Source: Candidatus Latescibacterota bacterium (GTDB lineage: Bacteria > Latescibacterota > UBA2968). Taken from it: DNA of 64,000 nt. Below the pieces are notes generated by a model, which saw only the letters and a program-made list of their open reading frames with translations, ran no database searches and was not told where the DNA came from. Below are positions 9,968-19,590 of this stretch, piece after piece. The position numbers and the translations under genes are program-made. Within the stretch, counting starts at the first letter, position 1, and every line of letters starts with the position of its first letter. The DNA lies in assembly GCA_965116885.1 (NCBI GenBank), contig OZ220741.1, positions 4,192,001 through 4,256,000 on the forward strand. Reading direction: 5' to 3'.

Positions 9968-10573
9968 ATGAATGACTCTGGAATCATCCTTATAGGCGGC
10001 GAAAGCAGGCGAATGGGCAAACCCAAGTATAGCTTGCCCTTTGGCGATGAAACTCTGCTTCAGCGAAGTGTCAGAAATCTGAGAGGAACTGTTTGCCCAA
10101 TTGTAATTGTGGGCGCGCCCGGCCAGGATTTACCCGCCATACCCCATGTTTTGTCTATATGTGATCCCGTTGCCGGGCAAGGTCCGTTAATGGGACTGAT
10201 GACAGGGTTAAAGCATGTCGAAGACATTTCTAAATGGGCGCTGGGGACGGGTTGCGACATGCCATTTATCAGTACCGAATTGGTCCAATGCCTCAAATCG
10301 CACAGGACAACAGAGGCGGAGATCGTCATGCCTCGCATAGATGATCAGTTTTACCCTTTGTGCGCGCTATATCGAACTGCTCTCTGGCGAAAGGCCAAAT
10401 TGCTACTCGAAAAAGGGGAACGGAGGCTTTTGGCATTGGTCAATGTCTGCCGCGTTCAGATTGTTGAACAAGAGGCACTCATACAGGTTGATCCCGACCT
10501 TCGTTTTTTAATAAATACCAATACGCCTCAATGGTATCAGCGTGCCCTTGAGTTGGCTGGCTTGCAGCGATGA
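9968..10573 (+). CDS. mobA: Molybdenum cofactor guanylyltransferase
   Basis: 'GGESRRMG.PK', 'GQGPLMG', 'CDMPF', 'PLCALY', 'NTNTP' motifs. Confidence 0.9.
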   Translation: MNDSGIILIGGESRRMGKPKYSLPFGDETLLQRSVRNLRGTVCPIVIVGAPGQDLPAIPHVLSICDPVAGQGPLMGLMTGLKHVEDISKWALGTGCDMPFISTELVQCLKSHRTTEAEIVMPRIDDQFYPLCALYRTALWRKAKLLLEKGERRLLALVNVCRVQIVEQEALIQVDPDLRFLINTNTPQWYQRALELAGLQR

Positions 10574-10674
10574 GGTTGGGCAGACGAGAAGGACAGTTAT
10601 CCACTGTTGACGATATTCTTTTTTCTCATATATTGCCACGTATCCATTTAACTTATCACCAAGGAGTTATCACG

Positions 10675-10977
10675 ATGGCTATTGAAGACAAAACCCTGCT
10701 GACCGAAGATCAGATTCGCGCAGAGGCTGCCAATCTCGAAGGATGGGAATATTTGGAAGACACAAAAGAATTGCAGCGCGTTTGGCATTTTGAAAAATTT
10801 GTGCCAACTATGGCTTTTGTACGCAGGCTGACAGAGATTATGGATGAAAATAATCACCATTCGGATATCAGCCTCAACAGCCGCACAAAAACACTTACAG
10901 TCACGGTGACGACCCATAGTGAAAATGCCGTCACCCGTGCAGATATCGATTTTGCAGGAGCAGTAAATAGAGGATAG
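10675..10977 (+). CDS. phhB: Pterin-4-alpha-carbinolamine dehydratase
   Basis: AAGGAG RBS; 'NHHSDI' and 'TTHSENAVTRAD' motifs. Confidence 0.85.
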   Translation: MAIEDKTLLTEDQIRAEAANLEGWEYLEDTKELQRVWHFEKFVPTMAFVRRLTEIMDENNHHSDISLNSRTKTLTVTVTTHSENAVTRADIDFAGAVNRG

Positions 10978-10995
10978 AAAAGCATTGGAGATGGA

Positions 10996-12348
10996 ATGAA
11001 GGTAAATGTCAATATTCAGCCTGGCGACCTGAAAGTCAGGCTGAATCGTTTTTTTGAACTGGCCGCACAGAAAATTCGGAGTATCGATTCGACGTGGGAC
11101 CCCGGTCGGGGAACACCGGTATTTACAGAAGGTGGAAAATACACCACGCGCGGATGGACCGAATGGACGCAGGGATTTCAATTTGGATGCGCCATTCTGG
11201 GATATGAAATTACGGACGAGGAAGATTTATTGCGGATTGGGCGCAAGGGCACGGTCGAGCGCATGGCGTCTCATGTGACGCATATTGGCGTACATGATCA
11301 CGGGTTTAACAATGTATCGACCTATGGCAATTTGAGACGGTTGATGCGAGAAGGTATAATTCCGGAAAATGAATGGGAGCAGCACTTTTACGAACTGGCA
11401 CTCAAAGCATCTGGCGCTGTGCAGGCTGCTCGCTGGACGACCATTGGTGATGGGAAAGGGTATATTCATTCGTTTAACGGACCGCATTCCCTGTTTTCAG
11501 ATACCATCAGGTCGTGTCGCGCACTGGCTGTAGCACACGACCTCGGTCACGTTTTAATGGGTGAGAATGACCTCGCAATTTCGCTGCTCGAGCGCCTGGT
11601 TCACCACGCCGAGACAACCGCGCAGTTCAATGTGTATTACGGCGAGGGGCGCGATCGATACGATGTGCGGGGACGGGTTGTACACGAGTCCATTTTTAAT
11701 GTCACCGACGGCAATTACCGCTGCCCGAGTACGCAGCAGGGGTATTCACCGTTTTCGACCTGGACCCGGGGATTGGCCTGGATTGTGACTGGCTATGCCG
11801 AATTGCTCGAATATATGGCGCACCTATCAGATGACGCACTCGATCTTTATGGCGGTAGGGATGCGATCAATGGCTGGATGCTCAAAGCCGCCTGTGCAAC
11901 GGCAGATTATTATATCGATAGTATCACTTCTGCCGATGGCATTCCATTTTGGGATGCAGGCGCGCCGGGCTTGATTGAGGGTTATAGCGATAAAATATCG
12001 GATCCTTATAATACAAGCGAGCCAATGGATAGTTCTGCTGCTGCCATTGCCGCGCAAGGGCTTTACCGTTTGGGCAAATATCTGGACGACGCGCGTTATC
12101 GGCAGGCTGCATTAACCGTGGCTCATACGTTATTTGATGCGCCCTATTTGTCCGCGGATGAAAAACACCAGGGTCTTATTCTCCATTCTATTTATCACAA
12201 TCCCAATGGGTGGGACTATGTGCCCAGTGGGCAAAAAGTAGCATGCGGCGAGTCTTCTATGTGGGGAGATTATCACGCGATGGAATTGGCGGTTTTACTC
12301 CAGCGAGAGATGGATAACGCGCCATATTTGACATTTTTTGATCATTAG
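10996..12348 (+). CDS. GH88-like glycoside hydrolase (unsaturated glucuronyl hydrolase family)
   Basis: 'WTQGF', 'HDHGF', 'QGYSPFSTWTRGLAW', 'DSSAAAIAA', 'WGDYH' motifs. Confidence 0.85.
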   Translation: MKVNVNIQPGDLKVRLNRFFELAAQKIRSIDSTWDPGRGTPVFTEGGKYTTRGWTEWTQGFQFGCAILGYEITDEEDLLRIGRKGTVERMASHVTHIGVHDHGFNNVSTYGNLRRLMREGIIPENEWEQHFYELALKASGAVQAARWTTIGDGKGYIHSFNGPHSLFSDTIRSCRALAVAHDLGHVLMGENDLAISLLERLVHHAETTAQFNVYYGEGRDRYDVRGRVVHESIFNVTDGNYRCPSTQQGYSPFSTWTRGLAWIVTGYAELLEYMAHLSDDALDLYGGRDAINGWMLKAACATADYYIDSITSADGIPFWDAGAPGLIEGYSDKISDPYNTSEPMDSSAAAIAAQGLYRLGKYLDDARYRQAALTVAHTLFDAPYLSADEKHQGLILHSIYHNPNGWDYVPSGQKVACGESSMWGDYHAMELAVLLQREMDNAPYLTFFDH

Positions 12349-12361
12349 GAGTGGGCGGAGA

Positions 12362-13168
12362 ATGTGGCAAAGAGGAAATAAAAGGACTTCAGCATATGCC
12401 TTGATAATCGGCCTCTTATTCGCTGGATTCGCGTCTCAAAGTGGCGCCGAGACATTTGATTATGCACCGCTCAACCGCGTGCTCGGGCGGGTTGTAAATG
12501 CAAAGGGGGGCGTGGATTACGAGGCTGTAAAAACAGACGCGGATTTGCAGACTTTTGTAGATCAACTCGCTCAGATCAGTCCCGATACACATCCCGCGCT
12601 TTTCCCCAGCCGCGCAGACAGCCTTGCCTTTTGGATCAATGCGTACAACGCCTGTGTACTTGCAGGGGTCTCAATAGCCTATCCCGTTTCTTCTGTCACA
12701 GAAATCGCGCCTGCTTTTGGCTTTTTTAAGATATACCGATTTGTCGTTGGCGAGCGTCAGCTCACATTGGACCAAATCGAGCACGAGATTATTCGCAAGC
12801 AGTTTTCCGATCCGCGCATTCACGCTGCAATCAATTGCGCGGCAGTGAGTTGTCCGCGTCTTCTAAATAAAGTATTTACGCCCGATGAATTGGATGACCA
12901 ACTCAATGCGGTTATGCGAGACATGATTCGCAACCCAATGCACGTTCAGATCAACCGAGAGACGAGGGTTGTGAGTCTATCTGCAATTTTTGATTGGTTT
13001 TCCTCTGATTTTACGTCTTATGTGCAAGCGCATGAGGCAGGCGAGACTGTGTTGGATTATGTCTCTCTTTTTTTATCGCAAAACGACATCCTGTATTTGC
13101 AAAATCACCCCGATCTTCAAATTGTGTTTTTAGATTACGATTGGTCTCTGAATAATCAGCAAAAATGA
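12362..13168 (+). CDS. DUF547 domain protein, exported
   Basis: Signal peptide; 'AFWINAYNA', 'IEHEIIR', 'DPRIHAAINCAAVSCP', 'YDWSLN'. Confidence 0.9.
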   Translation: MWQRGNKRTSAYALIIGLLFAGFASQSGAETFDYAPLNRVLGRVVNAKGGVDYEAVKTDADLQTFVDQLAQISPDTHPALFPSRADSLAFWINAYNACVLAGVSIAYPVSSVTEIAPAFGFFKIYRFVVGERQLTLDQIEHEIIRKQFSDPRIHAAINCAAVSCPRLLNKVFTPDELDDQLNAVMRDMIRNPMHVQINRETRVVSLSAIFDWFSSDFTSYVQAHEAGETVLDYVSLFLSQNDILYLQNHPDLQIVFLDYDWSLNNQQK

Positions 13169-14853
13169 GTATCTCAGATATACAAGTATCTTTGGGCGCG
13201 TTTCAGTCCGCAGTTGATCGCGCTATGAAAACATGGTCAAAAAATGGCAATACAGCACGGTTGTGGCGCAGCGATGCCACACTCTGGTCGGGGGCGGATG
13301 AAGCCAACTGGCTGGGGTGGCTCAATATCGCGCCTCAAATACGCGATGGTGCAGACGCCCTATGCGCTTTTGCACAGCAGGTGCGCGATAGGGGAATAAC
13401 GGATATCCTGCTTTTGGGAATGGGTGGTAGTAGCCTGTGCCCCGAAGTGCTGGCGATGACTTTTGGCTGTCGGGAAGGTTGGCCCAGATTGCATGTACTG
13501 GACTCTACGGTTCCCGCACAAGTACAGCGGTTTGCCGATGCCGTAAATCTGGAGACGACACTTTGCATCGTGGCCAGCAAATCTGGAACGACAACCGAAC
13601 CCCACGCATTTTGCGAGTTCTTCTGGGCAAAAATGCGTGAAACCATCGGCGATGCGGCAGGGCAGCACTTTATTGCCATTACAGATCCGGGTTCTGACCT
13701 GGAAGCGCTTGCCAGAGAGCGGGACTTTCTGTCTGTTTTCTATGGTTTGCCAGAGATTGGCGGCAGATTTTCAGCGCTTTCAAATTTTGGGATGGTGCCC
13801 GCAGCATTGATTGGCATTGACGTGCGAGAATTTTTAGCACGCGCAGTGGCGATGGGGAAGCGGTGCAAAATATCAGATGAGCAGAATCCTGGTCTTTTGT
13901 TGGGCCTTGTACTGGGTGAGTTGGCAAAAGCAGGGCGAGACAAAGTGACGCTTGTAACCTCTCCTCAATTGTGGGATTTGGGTGCGTGGCTGGAGCAACT
14001 TTTAGCCGAAAGCACGGGAAAAAATGGTCGGGGTCTCATACCTGTTGACTTAGAAGAGGTTGCCACGCCCGATGCGTACGGTGAAGATCGGGTATTCGTC
14101 TATATCCGACTAAAAGATGAGGCAGACCCTGAACAGGATGCAAATATAGAAAATCTGCGAGATGCTCATTTTCCAGTTATTCAGATCAATGTGGCAGATC
14201 TATTAGACCTGGGGGCAGAATTTTTCCGGTGGGAATACGCAACCGCGGTCGCTGGCGCGGTTTTGAATATCAATCCCTTTGACCAACCCAATGTACAGGA
14301 GAGCAAAGATTTTACGGCGGAATTGACGCAGGCTTATGAAAAAGAGGGAACATTACCGGCTCAAACGCCGTTTTTTATTGATGAAGATGTCCTAATTTAC
14401 GCCGATGTAGCCAACTCGCAGGCGTTGGGAATCATTGAATATCTCGATAGTTGTATTGCTGGACTGCTCAATCAGATTCGGGCGGGCGACTATGTCGCTT
14501 TGTGCGCTTATGTCGATATGAATGAAGAGAATATCACCGCTTTACAGGCTCTGAGACATCGGATACGCAATGTATATCGAGTAGCTACCACATTGGGATT
14601 TGGCCCGCGATTCTTGCATTCTACAGGGCAATTGCACAAGGGGGGACCGAACAATGTGGTGGTTGTGCAACTGACAAGCGACGATGTGACAGATGTAGAT
14701 ATTCCGGGACGAGCGTTCTCTTTCGGCGTTCTCAAGCAAGCACAGGCGCTGGGCGATGCCAGTGCTCTTTCGAGCCGAAAAAGACGGGCGATTCGCATTC
14801 ATTTTAAGACAGATATAATTGCTGGTATCCATCGGGTGAAGCAAGCGGTTTGA
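13165..14853 (+). CDS. pgi: Glucose-6-phosphate isomerase (Pgi half of the Tal-Pgi type)
   Basis: 'GMGGSS', 'SKSGTT', 'GGRFSALS', 'QLLAESTGK', 'NPFDQPNVQESK', 'GPRFLHSTGQLHKGG'. Confidence 0.85.
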   Translation: MSISDIQVSLGAFQSAVDRAMKTWSKNGNTARLWRSDATLWSGADEANWLGWLNIAPQIRDGADALCAFAQQVRDRGITDILLLGMGGSSLCPEVLAMTFGCREGWPRLHVLDSTVPAQVQRFADAVNLETTLCIVASKSGTTTEPHAFCEFFWAKMRETIGDAAGQHFIAITDPGSDLEALARERDFLSVFYGLPEIGGRFSALSNFGMVPAALIGIDVREFLARAVAMGKRCKISDEQNPGLLLGLVLGELAKAGRDKVTLVTSPQLWDLGAWLEQLLAESTGKNGRGLIPVDLEEVATPDAYGEDRVFVYIRLKDEADPEQDANIENLRDAHFPVIQINVADLLDLGAEFFRWEYATAVAGAVLNINPFDQPNVQESKDFTAELTQAYEKEGTLPAQTPFFIDEDVLIYADVANSQALGIIEYLDSCIAGLLNQIRAGDYVALCAYVDMNEENITALQALRHRIRNVYRVATTLGFGPRFLHSTGQLHKGGPNNVVVVQLTSDDVTDVDIPGRAFSFGVLKQAQALGDASALSSRKRRAIRIHFKTDIIAGIHRVKQAV

Positions 14854-14864
14854 GAGGATTGAAT

Positions 14865-15863
14865 ATGGCACTGGCAACAATGGATTTAATGCAAATTGTA
14901 GGTGACGATCACAAGACTGGTTTTGCGAGCAAACTTCGCGATGAGCAATTGGAACTCACGCGCAATCGGTTGGATATTTTGCAGGTCAATGTCGGCAAGT
15001 TGTGCAATCAAGCCTGTCACCACTGCCATGTGGATGCCAGTCCGATCCGTACAGAGATCATGACCCGAGAGACAATTGACCGTATTCTATCATTTCTCGA
15101 AACATCCAATATTCAGACAGTTGACATAACGGGTGGCGCACCTGAGTTAATTCCAGATTTTCGCTATTTTGTCGCACAAATACGCGAGCAGGACCGTTGC
15201 GTAATGGTGCGCTGCAATTTAACTGTGATCTTTGAACCAGGGCAAGAAGACTTGCCTGAGTTTTATCGCGATCACGAAGTTGAACTGGTGTGTTCGCTGC
15301 CGTGTTATCTCGAAGAAAATGTGGATGAGCAACGCGGGCGCGGTGTTTTTACAAAAAGCATACGGGCATTGCAGATTCTCAATGAAATTGGATATGGACA
15401 ACCTGGCACGGGATTGGAACTCCACCTGGTCTATAATCCCGTTGGCGCGTCTTTACCCCCTCCGCAAGCCGAACTCGAAGCCGATTACAAAGAAGAGCTA
15501 AGAGCACGCTACAACATCGACTTTAATAAGCTCTTCACCATTACCAATATGCCCATTAGCCGGTTTGAAGAATTTTTAAAACGCCGGGGCATTTACGACA
15601 GCTATATGCAGACTTTACAGGATAATTTTAATCCGCATACGATCGATAACTTGATGTGCCGCTCTCTAATTAGCGTTGGATGGCAGGGTGAGGTTTACGA
15701 TTGTGATTTTAACCAAATGCTCGATATGCATTCTTTTGGGCGCGAAGTTAAATTATGGGAACTGACCGTTGAGGATCTGGTTGGATGCAACGTACGGGTG
15801 CGAGACCACTGCTTTGGATGCACGGCAGGCGCAGGCAGCAGTTGTGGGGGAGAGCTTGTTTAG
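14865..15863 (+). CDS. arsS: Radical SAM protein, ArsS/DUF3641 family
   Basis: CNQACHHC motif, 'YDCDFNQML', C-terminal 'HCFGCTAGAGSSCGG'. Confidence 0.85.
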   Translation: MALATMDLMQIVGDDHKTGFASKLRDEQLELTRNRLDILQVNVGKLCNQACHHCHVDASPIRTEIMTRETIDRILSFLETSNIQTVDITGGAPELIPDFRYFVAQIREQDRCVMVRCNLTVIFEPGQEDLPEFYRDHEVELVCSLPCYLEENVDEQRGRGVFTKSIRALQILNEIGYGQPGTGLELHLVYNPVGASLPPPQAELEADYKEELRARYNIDFNKLFTITNMPISRFEEFLKRRGIYDSYMQTLQDNFNPHTIDNLMCRSLISVGWQGEVYDCDFNQMLDMHSFGREVKLWELTVEDLVGCNVRVRDHCFGCTAGAGSSCGGELV

Positions 15864-15901
15864 AAGTGTGAAGAGCCACTGAAATTCAATCGCTACGAGA
15901 G

Positions 15902-15924
15902 GGCACCGAGATAGGTGCCTTTTT
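15902..15924 (+). terminator. Probable intrinsic terminator
   Basis: GGCACC-GAGATA-GGTGCC followed by a T run, between convergent genes. Confidence 0.6.
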
Positions 15925-18208
15925 AGTTTACATTAACTGCTATGCGCTGTGTCTGCGGGGACAGGCATCGCGTGCTGTCGCAGGCTTGATATGTGAGTAG
16001 TAGTGAGAGGGTTTGCGGTCGGGTTTTGAATGATAGGGTAAGGGGTATATTGAGGCTGTCTTTATAAACGGCAATGGGACGCTCGGTAAAGGGGAACTGT
16101 AAGTTCTCGGCTTGCGGATAGTCGATTTGGGTGATTTCGGCAATGTCTGTGTCCAATGAGAGACGCGTGGGAATCAAATAATCGTCGGTGGGATTGGATG
16201 CTTGAATATGCCAGCCCGAAGCGATATTCAGGCGTACGTTCACTTTGTGGATATTTGCGCTATCATAGGACAAGACCGTTGCGGACGCAGTGAGCAGACT
16301 ATCGGGTGCAAGGATGGGAGAAGATGCCATCATTGTGCCGTGAATAAAGTGCAGAAGTGCGCCCGGCGTATTCTCCGCGAGGGGAGCGAAGGTATTGGTG
16401 AGCGCGAGGGCGCGTTGGGCATACAGGGGATTCTGCGTCAATACCCGGAGTTTCCACAAAACGTGCAGGGCAACGGCATTGCCAGAAGGCAGGGCACTGT
16501 CGTAAAAACTCTTGGTACGCACAATCATTTCATTTTGATCCCGCGTAAGAAAATATCCACCATTTAGTGTATCCCAAAATGCGGTGTGCATCCGTTCTGA
16601 AAGCGATAGGGCGTCCTGAAGATAGCGAGCAGAATGCGTTGCGCTATGGAGGTCGAGGAGGCCGTCGATTAAAAAGGCGTAATCTTCCTGATAGGCTTCA
16701 CCTTTGCGCTGTCCCTCGCGGTAGATGCGATACAGGTCGCCGTTTGCATTGCGGAGATTGTTGTGGATAAAATCGGCCGCCTTTTGTGCGACCTTCAAGT
16801 ATTCGGAATGACCGAGGACTTCATAGGCGCGGGCATACGCTCCGATCATGAGGCCATTCCACGCTGTGATAATTTTGTCGTCGAGGAGGGGAAGGGTGCG
16901 TTGGCTGCGAGCGTTCAGGAGTTTTTCTTTAAGTGGAGACAGACGCGCGTGCAGGGTTGTAGCGTCAATGTGATGGCGGATTGATAGCGCGCTGTCTGTA
17001 TCGGTTTTATATATAACGCCGGCCAATCCTTCGGGCATGGGCGCGAGCGCATAACACGAGAGGAAGAAATCGGCATCTTTTTTCAGGGTCTGGCGAATAT
17101 CTTGTTCTGTCCAGGTGTAATACGCGCCTTCTTCTGCTTCGGTTTCTGCGTCGAGAGCAGAGTAAAAGCCGCCTTTGGAATCTGTCATTTCGCGCGCGAC
17201 AAAGTCCAGAATTTCCTCTGCCGCAATGCGATAGGCCGTTTTATTGGTGATCTGATACGCACTGAGAAAGTTGTGGGTGAGGAGAGCCTGGTTGTAGAGC
17301 ATTTTTTCAAAGTGCGGCACGCGCCATTGTGCATCTGTTGCATAGCGATGAAAACCACCGCCAAGGTGATCGCGGATACCGCCCAGCGCCATGTGATTTA
17401 GTGTTTGCTCGACTATGACGAGATGTTTTGCATGAGGATTTTGCCAATAGGCCGCCAGCAACAGGTTGAGCGCGTGATCGGGTGGAAATTTTGGGGCTGT
17501 GCCCAGGCCGCCGTTGACGGGGTCAAACCGTTTTTCTATGTGGTCAATCGCCTTGTCAATCAGGTCTCCTTCCGCTTTCTCTGAAACGGCGCGTGTCGTG
17601 TGAATGCGCGCGATGGATTGCGATATCTGCTCGGCCTGTTTTTCGAGTTCCTGTCTCTTTTCCTGCCAGGCTACATGTAGTGCCTGAATCACGCGCGGGA
17701 AGCCCGGGCGTCCATGTGAATCTTCGGGGGGAAAGTACGTGCCAGCAAAAAAGGGTTTGAGATCGGGGGTGAGAAAAACAGAGTTGGGCCATCCGCCGTG
17801 TCCGGTCATGAGTTGGGTGGCCGTCATGTAAATATCGTCGATGTCAGGACGTTCTTCGCGGTCAACCTTGATATTGACAAAAAACTGATTCATCAAGTGA
17901 GCAATATCTGGATCCGAGAAGACCAGCCGTTCCATGACATGGCACCAGTAACAACTCGAATATCCCACCGATAAAAAGATCGGTTTGTCCTCATGACGCG
18001 CTTTTGCGAGTGCTTCTTCTCCCCAGGGATACCAGTCAACGGGATTGTGGGCGTGAAGGCGCAAATAGGGACTGAGCTCTCGGCTGAGGCGATTTTGTGT
18101 AGGAGAGGGCGTAGGAGGATTTTCTGTAGAATAAACACCCCACCAATAACCCGCAGCAATGGCGAAGATGACGATGGAGATGAATAGGAGGCGTTTGGCG
18201 ATTGCCAT
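15923..18208 (-). CDS. Thioredoxin-domain protein, SPATA20/YyaL (DUF255) family, with N-terminal anchor and C-terminal DsbD-N-like domain
   Basis: '[14 protein letters not shown]', 'CYWCHVM', 'KVDREERPD', 'VPHFEKMLY'; C-terminus 'GWHI...YQACDSTRC'. Confidence 0.9.
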   Translation of the reverse strand: MAIAKRLLFISIVIFAIAAGYWWGVYSTENPPTPSPTQNRLSRELSPYLRLHAHNPVDWYPWGEEALAKARHEDKPIFLSVGYSSCYWCHVMERLVFSDPDIAHLMNQFFVNIKVDREERPDIDDIYMTATQLMTGHGGWPNSVFLTPDLKPFFAGTYFPPEDSHGRPGFPRVIQALHVAWQEKRQELEKQAEQISQSIARIHTTRAVSEKAEGDLIDKAIDHIEKRFDPVNGGLGTAPKFPPDHALNLLLAAYWQNPHAKHLVIVEQTLNHMALGGIRDHLGGGFHRYATDAQWRVPHFEKMLYNQALLTHNFLSAYQITNKTAYRIAAEEILDFVAREMTDSKGGFYSALDAETEAEEGAYYTWTEQDIRQTLKKDADFFLSCYALAPMPEGLAGVIYKTDTDSALSIRHHIDATTLHARLSPLKEKLLNARSQRTLPLLDDKIITAWNGLMIGAYARAYEVLGHSEYLKVAQKAADFIHNNLRNANGDLYRIYREGQRKGEAYQEDYAFLIDGLLDLHSATHSARYLQDALSLSERMHTAFWDTLNGGYFLTRDQNEMIVRTKSFYDSALPSGNAVALHVLWKLRVLTQNPLYAQRALALTNTFAPLAENTPGALLHFIHGTMMASSPILAPDSLLTASATVLSYDSANIHKVNVRLNIASGWHIQASNPTDDYLIPTRLSLDTDIAEITQIDYPQAENLQFPFTERPIAVYKDSLNIPLTLSFKTRPQTLSLLLTYQACDSTRCLSPQTQRIAVNVN

Positions 18209-18220
18209 GTCATAAGCCTC

Positions 18221-19453
18221 TCAAGCTGCAAACGCGCGTTTGATTTTGGCGACCGCTGTTAAAATATCGTCCATATCTTCCCGTTCACTCAGCAGCATGT
18301 TTTGCAAGAACCAGATACTGGAGGCGCATATCGCTTCCACATGGGGACACGGCAAACGGCGAATCAGGTGTGGGTGTCGGTCCATCACGGTTTTGAGACC
18401 GCCTTCATCAGTTAAGGGCCGCTGATAGCCAGGTGTGCAGGGAATGCCTTCGGCCTGTAAGGCCGCGATAAATTCATCGCGTGTTTTCCCTCCGAATGCC
18501 TCACTATTGTAGCGCATCATATACAGGTGATAGCCGTGCTGCGTGACCCAGGGGTGCCATCGCGGCGGTTCCAGCCCGCCAATTTCGTCCAGGCCCTTGC
18601 TGAGATAAGCCGCATTTTTATTGCGCAAATCGATTTGAGGTTCGAGTTTGGGGAGCCGTTTTAACAGGATGCCTGCCAGATACTCAGAGGTGCGATAATT
18701 CCAACCCAGGCGGGGATATTCCCATCGCTCGCCCCCGGGGCGTCGCCCCACATCTCGGAATGCCCAGGCCCGATCTCTGAGGTCTCGATCATTGGTGAGG
18801 AGACACCCGCCTTCGCCTGAAGTCAGATTTTTGCTCGACTGAAAGCTGAATGCGCCCACATGGCCCAGAGAACCCACTTTGCGACCTTTGTGCTCGGCTC
18901 CATGTGCCTGGGCACAGTCTTCGATGACTTTGAGGTTGTGCTTGCTCGCAATATCGTTGAGCGCATCCATATCGGCCGGGTGTCCGCCCAGGTGAACGGG
19001 GAGGAGTGCAACAGTCTGATCTGTGATGGCGGCTTCGGTCGCTTCGGGCGACATAGTGAAACTCACCGGGTCGATATCGACAAGGGCCAGAGAACACCGC
19101 ACCGAGAGGGGGGCGCTTGCAGTGGCAATAAAGGTGTAGTTGGGAATAATGACTTCGCCACCATCAACCATGCCATCGAGGTCGAGCGCGGCGGATAATC
19201 CAGCCGCAATAGATGTGGTTCCACTGGGCATCATCACGCCATAAGCTGCATCGCAATAGGCGGCAAATGCCTGACCAAAGCGGTGCCCCACAGGTGCGGG
19301 AAGACCTTCGGTTTGATCGAGATAGACTTCTTTGAGGATGGGAGCAATTTCTTTTTCCCATTCCCGTTCTGTGTTATCCGGCCATGTCGGCCACGGCGAT
19401 GCTTCGGTATCGCGCACGGGAACACCACCATCTATTGCGAGTGTTTCTGACAT
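18221..19453 (-). CDS. DegT/DnrJ/EryC1/StrS PLP-dependent aminotransferase
   Basis: 'YTFIATA', 'EDCAQAHG', 'FSFQSSKNLTSGEGG', 'GWNYR'. Confidence 0.92.
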   Translation of the reverse strand: MSETLAIDGGVPVRDTEASPWPTWPDNTEREWEKEIAPILKEVYLDQTEGLPAPVGHRFGQAFAAYCDAAYGVMMPSGTTSIAAGLSAALDLDGMVDGGEVIIPNYTFIATASAPLSVRCSLALVDIDPVSFTMSPEATEAAITDQTVALLPVHLGGHPADMDALNDIASKHNLKVIEDCAQAHGAEHKGRKVGSLGHVGAFSFQSSKNLTSGEGGCLLTNDRDLRDRAWAFRDVGRRPGGERWEYPRLGWNYRTSEYLAGILLKRLPKLEPQIDLRNKNAAYLSKGLDEIGGLEPPRWHPWVTQHGYHLYMMRYNSEAFGGKTRDEFIAALQAEGIPCTPGYQRPLTDEGGLKTVMDRHPHLIRRLPCPHVEAICASSIWFLQNMLLSEREDMDDILTAVAKIKRAFAA

Positions 19454-19491
19454 GTAAAGCTCCTTGTTGGATATATTGGAGACTACGCGCC

Positions 19492-19520
19492 TTGACCCGT
19501 AGTCAGACGGGATGTATATT
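19492..19520 (+). promoter_or_regulatory. Sigma70-type promoter for the oxidoreductase-acyP-apt-tRNA unit
   Basis: TTGACC-N17-TATATT. Confidence 0.55.
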
Positions 19521-19538
19521 TAATTTCTATCCCAATTC

Positions 19539-19566
19539 AAGGTACGGTTTATAGATTGATTGTCAA
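19539..19566 (-). promoter_or_regulatory. Sigma70-type promoter for the aminotransferase operon
   Basis: TTGACA-N16-TACCTT on the minus strand. Confidence 0.45.
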
Positions 19567-19590
19567 GTTATCAAGAGAGGATGATTGACG

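Noticed and set aside
15820..15900. Selenocysteine recoding in the ArsS-type gene
   Set aside because: The motif codon is TGT (Cys) and the stop is TAG.
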